Shown here: piece after piece, positions 18,700-25,679 of the stretch | Position numbering within the stretch: position 1 is the stretch's first letter | How the letters are laid out: each line of letters opens with the position of its first letter | DNA from: a virus | Taxonomy: Duplodnaviria > Heunggongvirae > Uroviricota > Caudoviricetes | Virus record (IMG/VR): IMGVR_UViG_3300044719_000150 | DNA: 64,000 bases | Strand: one strand, 5' to 3' | The notes under the pieces: generated by a model | What the model was told of the DNA's origin: nothing | Database searches by the model: none | Seen by the model: the letters and a program-made list of their open reading frames with translations, nothing else | Made by a program: the position numbers and the translations under genes

Positions 18700-18979
18700 G
18701 ATCGGTGGCTATTGAAAAGCCGACAACCCGTCATGCAGCGCCACCGATGCTACAATGCATGAGTATCCCGCACGCATGGGGTGGTGCCCTTGCGGCGGGG
18801 TCCAGGTGAAAGCTCTGGCTAACGCCCCAGTGCCCGGCCACCCCCCCCGGCCGGGGATACGACATCACCTGGACAAGTCTGCCGGTCCGACTCACCGGCA
18901 GATCGGGAGCCATGTAGTCGGGTTGGGCATGGCAAGCCGGAGACGTGGGTTAGTCCGGCGCTACGCAAGGAGGAAGGCA

Positions 18980-19129
18980 ATGGAATCGGTCGCAGAGGCG
19001 CCCCTGGTGGACATCATGGTGGTGTCCAAGGTGCGTGTCGCGAGAGGCGTGCCGCTCGGCGAGCTGGCCGACCGCGCCGCCGAGGCGCGCGCGGAACGCT
19101 CGGGCGTCCGCTTCAATTCGTCGATCTAG
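18980..19129 (+). CDS. hypothetical small protein
   Basis: Very strong RBS AAGGAGGAAGG 5 nt before the ATG; 49 aa. Confidence 0.45.
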   Translation: MESVAEAPLVDIMVVSKVRVARGVPLGELADRAAEARAERSGVRFNSSI

Positions 19130-19202
19130 TCCGCCGCCTCGGGGTCGGGGAAGCGGGCGAACCGGCGGCCAGGGCGCTCGCGTAAGTCAAAATCGCAGCC
19201 GC

Positions 19203-19275
19203 CGCCGGTCAAGGCACTGTAGCTCAGTTGGAAGAGCGTCCGGTTGAAGCCCGGAAGCGCGGCCGTTCGAACCGG
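19203..19275 (+). tRNA. tRNA-Phe (GAA)
   Basis: Acceptor GGCACTG/CGGTGCC; D-arm TAGCTCAGTTGGAAGAGC; anticodon loop TTGAAGC. Confidence 0.7.
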
Positions 19276-19304
19276 TCCGGTGCCACGCGAAGGGAGGTGC
19301 AGCG

Positions 19305-19589
19305 ATGGATCATCAGCGTGTCGAGGTGCGCTTCGAGCAGGAGCGCTTCGGCCCGAAGGCCGACGTGTGCTGGGAGTGCTCGGACCCCGAGGACAGGGTG
19401 TGGGTGCCGGTGACGTTCTGCGCGAGTGCCTCCCGGACGATGCCGGGCTGGGGCGAGGCGGACATGGAGCTGGGCTTCTACACGGTGCCGAACGCGCCGA
19501 GCATGTGGGACGAGCCCGAGTATGACGCGCTGGAGCGCTGGGACCAGTACGATCCTGACGCTTACTGGAGAGGTCGCCTAGCGGCCTAG
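19305..19589 (+). CDS. hypothetical protein
   Basis: RBS GAAGGGAGG before the ATG; 94 aa; its 3' end overlaps the first ~23 nt of tRNA-Ser(GCT). Confidence 0.45.
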   Translation: MDHQRVEVRFEQERFGPKADVCWECSDPEDRVWVPVTFCASASRTMPGWGEADMELGFYTVPNAPSMWDEPEYDALERWDQYDPDAYWRGRLAA

Positions 19590-19655
19590 GGCGCGGTCCT
19601 GCTAAGACCGTGGGCCCCGAAAGGGGCCCCGTGGGTTCGAATCCCACCCTCTCCG
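19567..19655 (+). tRNA. tRNA-Ser (GCT), class II
   Basis: GGAGAGG acceptor; D-arm CGCCTAGCGGCCTAGGGCG; long variable arm; T-loop GGTTCGAATCC. Confidence 0.7.
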
Positions 19656-19705
19656 CTTAATTGACTGGACAGCGCAACGTGGATGAGATACGTTAGTTCT
19701 CATGA

Positions 19706-19787
19706 GGCAGGTTGCCCGAGCGGCCAAAGGGAGCGCGCTGTAAACGCGTCGCGTCATGCTACGAAGGTTCGAATCCTTCACCTGCCA
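19706..19787 (+). tRNA. tRNA-Tyr (GTA), class II
   Basis: Acceptor GGCAGGT/ACCTGCC; D-arm CCCGAGCGGCCAAAGGG; long variable arm. Confidence 0.65.
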
Positions 19788-19835
19788 CGCACCACAACTC
19801 AAGGAGGACAGTAGGGACGGCGACAAGGAGGACGA

Positions 19836-20076
19836 GATGAAGCTCTTCAAGGACCGCAGTCCGGTCCAGGGACGCAGGATCGGTTCCAGGCTCACCGGCG
19901 AGGACGCGCGTAACGCTCTCGCGGAGGCGAAGCACCGAGGCGACCAGAGAGCCATCAGCGGCCTCCAGTACATCGAACGCAACGGTGGCTACATCAGCAT
20001 CGAAGATGATGCCGCCATCCGGCAAGACGTCGCAGCCGCCAAGCAAGTCCTACGCGATCTCGGCTACAAGCTCTGA
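19836..20076 (+). CDS. hypothetical small protein
   Basis: RBS CAAGGAGGACGAG before the ATG; 80 aa. Confidence 0.45.
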
Positions 20077-20128
20077 GCTTGTGCATGCCAACAGAATGCT
20101 TTTTGACAACTCCAGAGTGACGCGATAC

Positions 20129-20199
20129 GCGAATGTAGCTCAATGGTAGAGCGCCACCTTGCCATGGTGGATACGCGGGTTCGATTCCCGTCATTCGCT
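20129..20199 (+). tRNA. tRNA-Gly (GCC)
   Basis: Acceptor GCGAATG/CATTCGC; anticodon loop TTGCCAT. Confidence 0.7.
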
Positions 20200-20290
20200 C
20201 TACGGCGACCATTGCATCAACGCTTTCCAGAAGCGGTGCGTCGCCGGGCGCCTTGGATGCTCGCAGAATCCAAACCCTTAGCGGCGCCGT

Positions 20291-20364
20291 GGCCCGGTAG
20301 AGTAGCGGCCTATCTCATTTCCCTCTCAAGGAAAAGACCACGGGTTCGAATCCCGTTCGGGCTA
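20291..20364 (+). tRNA. tRNA-Glu (CTC), irregular D-arm
   Basis: Anticodon stem-loop TTTCC-CTCTCAA-GGAAA; T-arm ACGGG-TTCGAAT-CCCGT. Confidence 0.45.
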
Positions 20365-20479
20365 CAATCCGGTGGCCAAGAAAAACACGCACGCCAGATA
20401 GGCTGCGCCACCGGGAAACATTCGACGGCTAACGGCGGTTCAATACCCAATCTAGGCACGCCGTCGATACTCGTTCATT

Positions 20480-20553
20480 CGTCCCATCGTCTAGCGGCCT
20501 AGGATCCCACCCTTTCAAGGTGCGAGGCACGGGTTCGAATCCCGTTGGGACGA
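20480..20553 (+). tRNA. tRNA-Glu (TTC)
   Basis: Acceptor CGTCCCA/TGGGACG; D-arm GTCTAGCGGCCTAGGAT; anticodon loop CTTTCAA. Confidence 0.6.
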
Positions 20554-20676
20554 CCAGGTCAGGCTCGCAGGGAGCCTGCGACGTGAGGGCCCTACGGCCG
20601 TAGGGTTTCCGCCGCGAGAAGCGCGCGTAAAAGCCTCAGACCGGAACCGCATGTAGCTTGCATGCGGACCTGTAAT

Positions 20677-20750
20677 GCAGGTGTGGTGTAATTGGCAGCA
20701 CGTCACGCTTCCAACGTGAAGGCCTGCGGGTTCAAGTCCCGTCACCTGCT
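20677..20750 (+). tRNA. tRNA-Gly (TCC)
   Basis: Acceptor GCAGGTG/CACCTGC; anticodon loop CTTCCAA. Confidence 0.65.
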
Positions 20751-20751
20751 C

Positions 20752-20824
20752 CGGGCTGTCGCCTAATGGTATGGCACTGCATTTGGGATGCAGCATAACG
20801 CAGGTTCGATTCCTGCCAGTCCGA
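20752..20824 (+). tRNA. tRNA-Pro (TGG)
   Basis: Acceptor CGGGCTG/CAGTCCG; anticodon loop TTTGGGA. Confidence 0.6.
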
Positions 20825-20835
20825 CTGCATGACAA

Positions 20836-20911
20836 CGGCGCGTGGCCAAACTTGGTAAGGCACCTCGTTCGGGACGAGGAAATTTTGCAGGTTCAAATCC
20901 TGTCGCGCCGA
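20836..20911 (+). tRNA. tRNA-Pro (CGG)
   Basis: Acceptor CGGCGCG/CGCGCCG; anticodon loop TTCGGGA. Confidence 0.6.
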
Positions 20912-20923
20912 CTTGTAAAATAT

Positions 20924-20995
20924 GCGCCCTTGGCCGAGTGGTTTAGGCACAGCCCTGCAAAGGCTGATACACCCGTTCGAACCGGGTAGGGCGCT
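20924..20995 (+). tRNA. tRNA-Cys (GCA)
   Basis: Perfect acceptor GCGCCCT/AGGGCGC; anticodon loop CTGCAAA. Confidence 0.65.
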
Positions 20996-21091
20996 CAAGG
21001 TGGCCAATGGTTGGTGCGCAAACCAATGACCGAACGCCACCGACCTCCGGCTAAGTTTCCTACGCAAGACCATGTCAGCTTCGCCGGACAT

Positions 21092-21165
21092 GCCCTCATT
21101 GCCTAGCGGCCTAAGGCGGCTCACTTGGTAGGTGAGACACGGGTGTTCGAATCACCCTGAGGGCT
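21092..21165 (+). tRNA. tRNA-Thr (GGT)
   Basis: Acceptor GCCCTCA/TGAGGGC; anticodon loop TTGGTAG. Confidence 0.65.
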
Positions 21166-21246
21166 CAATGGCGGCCACTTTGCGCACGTTGCACCATTTA
21201 CGTGGCGCCGCCAGACGTGTCGTACCGTTGATATACTGTTCGATGC

Positions 21247-21648
21247 ATGGAGAAGAAGTGTAACTGGTGCGGTGAGATAAAGCCGCTCAACAAGTTCCAT
21301 CGGCGTGGTCCGAATGGACGCCAGGCGGTTTGCATCCCATGCAAGCAGGAGTACGACAAGGCGAACTATCGCAAGAAGGCAGAGCATCACAAGGGGGTCG
21401 TGGCGGCACGAGTGCAAGAAGTGAAGCTCTGGGCTCGCACACTCAAGGACGGCCCATGCACTGATTGTGGTGGCCAGTTCCATCCTGAAGCTATGCAGTG
21501 GGATCACGTCTCCGGAAGTAAGCGCTGGGATGTGGGCGCTATGACGCACGCCGGTTACGCAAAAGAGACAATCCTGAAGGAAATCGCGAAGTGCGAGCTG
21601 GTCTGCGCGAACTGCCATGCAGTGCGAACGGCCAGTCGTCGCGAGTAA
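21247..21648 (+). CDS. HNH endonuclease
   Basis: CxxC...WDHV...N...CxxCH pattern (CNWCG, WDHVSG, LVCANCH); 133 aa; embedded in the tRNA array. Confidence 0.75.
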   Translation: MEKKCNWCGEIKPLNKFHRRGPNGRQAVCIPCKQEYDKANYRKKAEHHKGVVAARVQEVKLWARTLKDGPCTDCGGQFHPEAMQWDHVSGSKRWDVGAMTHAGYAKETILKEIAKCELVCANCHAVRTASRRE

Positions 21649-21657
21649 GGTAGTTTT

Positions 21658-21731
21658 GCCGGGCTAGCTCAATTGGCAGAGCGGCGCACTCGTAATGCGC
21701 AGGTTTCGGGGTTCAAATCCCCGGTCCGGCT
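21658..21731 (+). tRNA. tRNA-Thr (CGT)
   Basis: Acceptor GCCGGGC/GTCCGGC; anticodon loop CTCGTAA. Confidence 0.6.
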
Positions 21732-21889
21732 CCAGCAGTGGCCATTCACTCGGCTCCGCACCCAATGGACGCCCGCCACTGCGTAGATCCGGCAGCCATG
21801 TTCGACTCGGTGCCCAACGCCACCGCGCTGCCACAAACCTCGACAGCCATATAGATCACGTAGGACCAAAACATACTCGCTGTCGATAT

Positions 21890-21964
21890 GGGGGTGTAGC
21901 TCAGCCCGGTTAGAGCATTTCGCTGATAACGAAAAGGTCACAGGTTCAAATCCTGTCATCCCCA
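21890..21964 (+). tRNA. tRNA-Ile (GAT)
   Basis: Acceptor GGGGGTG/CATCCCC; anticodon loop CTGATAA. Confidence 0.65.
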
Positions 21965-21968
21965 CCTT

Positions 21969-22041
21969 GGGCCCGTAACTCAGTCGGAAGAGTACCGTCC
22001 TTTTAAGTCGGGAGTCGTGGGTTCGAGCCCCACCGGGCTCA
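21969..22041 (+). tRNA. tRNA-Lys (TTT)
   Basis: Anticodon loop CTTTTAA; T-loop GGTTCGAGCCC. Confidence 0.6.
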
Positions 22042-22045
22042 CTTT

Positions 22046-22119
22046 GTGCCGTTAACTCAATTGGTCAGAGTACCGTCCTCTTAAGTCGGGAGTTGGGGGT
22101 TCAAGTCCCTCACGGCACA
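22046..22119 (+). tRNA. tRNA-Lys (CTT)
   Basis: Perfect acceptor GTGCCGT/ACGGCAC; anticodon loop CTCTTAA. Confidence 0.65.
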
Positions 22120-22128
22120 CTACACTTC

Positions 22129-22201
22129 GGGGTCGTAGCTCAATTGGTAGAGCATCCGCTTCGCGAGCGGAAGGTTGAGTGTTCAAGTCACTTCGACTCC
22201 A
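22129..22201 (+). tRNA. tRNA-Ala (CGC)
   Basis: G3:U70 identity pair; anticodon loop TTCGCGA. Confidence 0.6.
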
Positions 22202-22243
22202 CTTAAGGCACCGGCGTGAAGCCATGGCTGCGTCCGGTGACCT

Positions 22244-22315
22244 GGGGCATACAGCCAGGGAGGCGGACCGGCCTTGCAAGCCGTGTCGTGGTCGGTTCGA
22301 TGCCGACATGCTCCA
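22244..22315 (+). tRNA. tRNA-Ala (TGC)
   Basis: Acceptor GGGGCAT/ATGCTCC with G3:U70; anticodon loop CTTGCAA. Confidence 0.55.
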
Positions 22316-22326
22316 CGTATACGTTA

Positions 22327-22398
22327 GGGCCCGTAGCTCAAAAGTAGAGCACCTGCATGGCACGCAGGAGGCTGGGATTGCGAAATTCCTCGGGTCCA
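22327..22398 (+). tRNA. tRNA-Ala (GGC)-like with a non-canonical T-arm (possible pseudogene)
   Basis: Acceptor GGGCCCG/CGGGTCC with G3:U70; anticodon stem-loop CCTGC-ATGGCAC-GCAGG; T-loop TGCGAAA mismatched. Confidence 0.4.
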
Positions 22399-22683
22399 CT
22401 ACCGCCGCGCGGTCGGCGGACAAGCCCGTTCGGAGCGTGGCCTCTGTGAAGGAACAAACCGTGGGATGCAGTGATTCCGAATAGCGGTCCCAGGTGCTTG
22501 ACCATCCGTACAGCCGCCTTGCGGGGCGGAGCCTGACCCGCCGCACACGGGTTGGGCTGATGGGTGTCCCGCAGGGGATCACCGTTCAGCGCACAGGGCG
22601 TCGGGCCCTGGTAAGCGGGTCCGGCCCCCTGCGGGCTCCACGAGTGAGTCGCCCGGCACTCTATAATCCCTACCGGCGAGCCT

Positions 22684-22770
22684 GGAGAATTGGCCGAGTG
22701 GACTATGGCGCCGTCTTGGAAAGGCGGTGGGTGCTTCGGTGCCCCACAGGTTCGAATCCTGTATTCTCCG
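22684..22770 (+). tRNA. tRNA-Ser (GGA), class II
   Basis: Perfect acceptor GGAGAAT/ATTCTCC; long variable arm; TATAAT hexamer 16 nt upstream (22663-22668). Confidence 0.7.
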
Positions 22771-23036
22771 CTGGGCGACCACCTCCAGTCCGATTTCCAT
22801 GTACCGCACGTCGCCCCACCTTTTAGCGGCTAGTGATGTGTCGATATCCAAAGCACGAACGCCGCCTTGTTTCACCCGGTAGCCATTCAGAGCTCGTGCA
22901 CCGCACCTCAACCGCTACCGGTATCATTGCCCTCGACGGCCAGCCATGATCCGATTCCCATACATGGCCCGCTGTCGATATCCTGCCGGTGGCCACGATG
23001 TGGGTCGTTTTCCATAGCATGCACGCCGCCGGTTTT

Positions 23037-23113
23037 GGGGATGTAGCTCAGTCTGGTCTAGAGCGCTCGCCTGTCACGCGAGAGGTTCGCGGGTTCAAAT
23101 CCCGTCATCCCCG
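23037..23113 (+). tRNA. tRNA-Asp (GTC)
   Basis: Perfect acceptor GGGGATG/CATCCCC; anticodon loop CTGTCAC. Confidence 0.7.
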
Positions 23114-23154
23114 CTAGTGCGGCAGTTGAGACGCATCGGCAAGCCGGGTCGCAC

Positions 23155-23225
23155 TACCCCGTAACTCAGCGGAAGAGGCCGCCAAGCGCAGGCGGAGGGC
23201 GCAGGTTCGAGTCCTGCCGGGGAGC
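23155..23225 (+). tRNA. tRNA-like, anticodon possibly GCG (Arg); A32/A33 in the loop
   Basis: Canonical T-arm GCAGG-TTCGAGT-CCTGC and D-arm; one acceptor mismatch; unusual anticodon loop AAGCGCA. Confidence 0.35.
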
Positions 23226-23251
23226 TGGCACAAGCGCAAGGAGCGCATGCA

Positions 23252-23479
23252 GTGGCAAAGGGAGAACGGGTTCTGAGTGTCACCCTCGCCGACTGCCGGG
23301 TGGATACGTTCCGCTCGGGCGGCAAGGGCGGCCAGAACCAGAACAAGCGCGAGACCGGCGTGCGGATCGTGCACGAGCCGTCCGGCGCGGTGGGCGAGTC
23401 CCGCGAGGAGCGTTCGCAGCTCCAGAACAAGCGGACGGCTTTCAAGCGCATGGCCGCTCATCCGCGTTTCAAGGTTTGA
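23252..23479 (+). CDS. GGQ-motif peptidyl-tRNA hydrolase domain protein (class-I release factor / ArfB-like), 75 aa
   Basis: GTG after AAGGAG; DTFRSGGKGGQNQNKRETGVRIVHEPSG...ERSQLQNKRTA matches the RF-1/ArfB catalytic GGQ domain; ends at a TGA followed in frame by a coding-like segment. Confidence 0.7.
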   Translation: MAKGERVLSVTLADCRVDTFRSGGKGGQNQNKRETGVRIVHEPSGAVGESREERSQLQNKRTAFKRMAAHPRFKV

Positions 23480-23641
23480 CTGAATCGGCAGCTCTACGGT
23501 CTGTCCGGTGATGGGAACCGTGGCTATGCCTGGAAGTTCGAGGGCGGCAAGTGGGTGCCGAACAGCACTCCGGGCACGCCGAAGGACATCAAGGTGGAGG
23601 TCAAGGTGAACGGCCGGTGGGTCGAGGTGCCTGCCGAGTAG
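23480..23641 (+). other. in-frame 53-codon coding-like extension downstream of the UGA of the GGQ gene (possible readthrough or recoding)
   Basis: Same frame as the GGQ CDS; high GC at third positions; no ATG or GTG start with an RBS near its beginning; ends at TAG 23639-23641. Confidence 0.35.
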
Positions 23642-23648
23642 CAGGCTA

Positions 23649-23721
23649 TGCTCCGTAGCTCAGTGGAAAGAGCAGCAGCTTCCGAGGCTGAAGGTCGCGG
23701 GTTCGAATCCCGCTGGGGCAA
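23649..23721 (+). tRNA. tRNA-Arg (CCG)
   Basis: Anticodon loop TTCCGAG; T-arm GCGGG-TTCGAAT-CCCGC. Confidence 0.55.
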
Positions 23722-23772
23722 CTGTGGCGTCCATATCAAGGACAGGATCCAGAGCAGTGCGACGCCACGTTT

Positions 23773-23863
23773 GGAAGGGTGGACCGAGTGGACTATGGCG
23801 CACGCCTCGAAAGCGTCGCGGGTCGCGCGAGCGGCCTCGTGGGTTCGAATCCCACCCCTTCCG
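23773..23863 (+). tRNA. tRNA-Ser (CGA), class II
   Basis: Perfect acceptor GGAAGGG/CCCTTCC; D-arm GGACCGAGTGGACTATGGC; long variable arm. Confidence 0.65.
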
Positions 23864-24020
23864 CTGCTGGTGGCCAGCGTACGATCCATCACCAATGATC
23901 CAGCGCCACCGGCCCCTTTTCGATAGCCAGCATGCATGCGACCTCCAGACTTCATGCGCTATCGAATTCTTGTGGCGGCCAGACCTTCGCACGTCCTCCA
24001 AGACGAGCGCGCCGCCCTTT

Positions 24021-24106
24021 GGAGAGTTGCCCGAGTGGTAATGGGTGCCGCCTTGAAAGCGGATGACGGGCGAAAGCCCGCGCGGGTTCGAATCCTGCAC
24101 TCTCCG
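24021..24106 (+). tRNA. tRNA-Ser (TGA), class II
   Basis: Perfect acceptor GGAGAGT/ACTCTCC; D-arm GCCCGAGTGGTAATGGGT; anticodon loop CTTGAAA. Confidence 0.65.
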
Positions 24107-24202
24107 CTGGCGTCCATGCCTTGATCCGCAAGCCCAAAGTACGCCCGACGCCACCAGCGCCTATCAGTTCTTCGGATGACCAAGTCCCAGACGGCGCTGC
24201 GT

Positions 24203-24276
24203 TCCTCCGTCGCCCAATAGGTAGGGCACCGGATTGTTAATCCGCCCAGGTGCAGGTTCGAATCCTGCCGGAGGAG
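24203..24276 (+). tRNA. tRNA-Asn (GTT)
   Basis: Perfect acceptor TCCTCCG/CGGAGGA; anticodon loop TTGTTAA. Confidence 0.6.
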
Positions 24277-24293
24277 CTTGCCGGGAGGTGTCC

Positions 24294-24836
24294 ATGGCCC
24301 TCTCGGAGCAAGAACGTGAGTATCAGCGCCAGTACAAGCAGCGTATCCGTGACGCGTTCGTGGCCTCGCGTGGGGGGGCTTGCGAGCGCTGCGGGGCTGA
24401 TCCTGGCGCGTACGGGCTGGTGGTGGACTACGCCGACCTGAGCACCAAGCCGGGCTATGCGAGCAAGATCTGGAGCATGGGCCGCGAGCGGCGCGAAGCG
24501 GAGCTGGAGAAGTGCATCGTCCTGTGCCGAGCGTGCCACCTCGTCCACACCGAGCCGCCACACGGGACGCTGGCTCGTGCTCGCCGCTTCAAGGACAAGT
24601 GCACCTGCCAAGGCTGCAAAGACGCGGAGAACGTCTACCAGCGCTCCTGGGCGGCGCGCAGGCGTGCGTATAAGCCGAGGCGTATCAGCACCAAGATGCT
24701 GGACGAGCCGTGGCGCGAGGAGCTAAAGCACTTCCCGACCGAGGCGCCGCAGGTGCCGGAGAACGGATGGTGGAACGATCTTGGGCGCGATGATACGCTA
24801 GCCGACGACGCCCTAGGGAACTCGCAAACCCAATGA
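24294..24836 (+). CDS. HNH-like zinc-finger endonuclease-related protein
   Basis: RBS GGAGGTG before the ATG; CERCG...LCRACH pattern; the catalytic His region is degenerate. Confidence 0.5.
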   Translation: MALSEQEREYQRQYKQRIRDAFVASRGGACERCGADPGAYGLVVDYADLSTKPGYASKIWSMGRERREAELEKCIVLCRACHLVHTEPPHGTLARARRFKDKCTCQGCKDAENVYQRSWAARRRAYKPRRISTKMLDEPWREELKHFPTEAPQVPENGWWNDLGRDDTLADDALGNSQTQ

Positions 24837-24848
24837 TAGCCCGGCGTC

Positions 24849-25223
24849 ATGAGGAGCGGCATGTTCGTCCTTGTGGTTACGCGTGTGGGGTCGTCACAGA
24901 CGAAGCCCCTGGTGTACGGCCCCTTCGACACCGAGGATGAGGCTGAGCAGCAGTGGGAGCGCCTGAACGACCTGCGCACCCTGATCGGCGACCTGATCAC
25001 CTACCATGTGGTGCCGCTATGCACCGACGCGCCCGTGCTGGAGCCGAAGCAACCGGAGTTGTGGAAGCAGTCGGCCACTCCGCCAGTGATCATCTACTAC
25101 CCGCAGCCGTCGATCTCGCCGCTGCCGAACTACTACCCGTGGATTTACTACAACCAACCGGTCACTTATCGCGTCACCTGGGGTAACAACACCGATCCCG
25201 GCGATGGGGTGTATAGAGCATGA
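24849..25223 (+). CDS. hypothetical protein (Pro/Tyr-rich C-terminus)
   Basis: 124-aa ORF. Confidence 0.45.
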   Translation: MRSGMFVLVVTRVGSSQTKPLVYGPFDTEDEAEQQWERLNDLRTLIGDLITYHVVPLCTDAPVLEPKQPELWKQSATPPVIIYYPQPSISPLPNYYPWIYYNQPVTYRVTWGNNTDPGDGVYRA

Positions 25224-25678
25224 TGCCAGAGGATGAACTCAAGGAGCGCCAGCTGGCCCTGGGCCGCTCCTGCGTGCAGGCCCTGGCGCAGATGCAGGAC
25301 GCCGGGATGATGGACTGGCTCAGCGCGGTGCACCGCCTAAGCGAGATGGGCCACGAGGCGGACAAGCTGCTGGCCGACTACTACGACGCGATGACCCCCG
25401 AGGAGCTGGAGGCCGACTTCGGCGACGGCGAGGAGGTCGCGGCGAAGGTCTCGCCGGACCTGTGCGTGAGCTTCGCGTGCCGCTTCACGCGCCCCGAGCT
25501 GGCCGAGGTGCGCAAGTGGGATAACAGCCGCTACACCGGCGATGTAGTGCGCGACGCGGCACTGGCCCACATTCGCGAGGCCGAGGGCGTGCGCGTGGTA
25601 CTGACCAAGCTCAAGGGCACTGCCCCGACACGAGCCGAGATCCTTAGCGGCCTAACCTTGCGAGCTGCCGATGAATAA
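25220..25678 (+). CDS. hypothetical protein
   Basis: 152-aa ORF overlapping the upstream stop. Confidence 0.5.
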   Translation: MMPEDELKERQLALGRSCVQALAQMQDAGMMDWLSAVHRLSEMGHEADKLLADYYDAMTPEELEADFGDGEEVAAKVSPDLCVSFACRFTRPELAEVRKWDNSRYTGDVVRDAALAHIREAEGVRVVLTKLKGTAPTRAEILSGLTLRAADE

Positions 25679-25679
25679 G

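Noticed and set aside
18180-18960. tmRNA hypothesis for the structured non-coding segment
   Set aside because: No tRNA-Ala-like 5' end (GGGGCUG...), no tag-peptide reading frame ending in an ALAA-type codon run, and no terminal CCA context could be found. It is left as unresolved ncRNA.
22494-22826. ORF 22494..22826 (+) overlapping tRNA-Ser(GGA)
   Set aside because: GC-rich with no RBS, and it runs through a well-supported class-II tRNA; treated as spurious.
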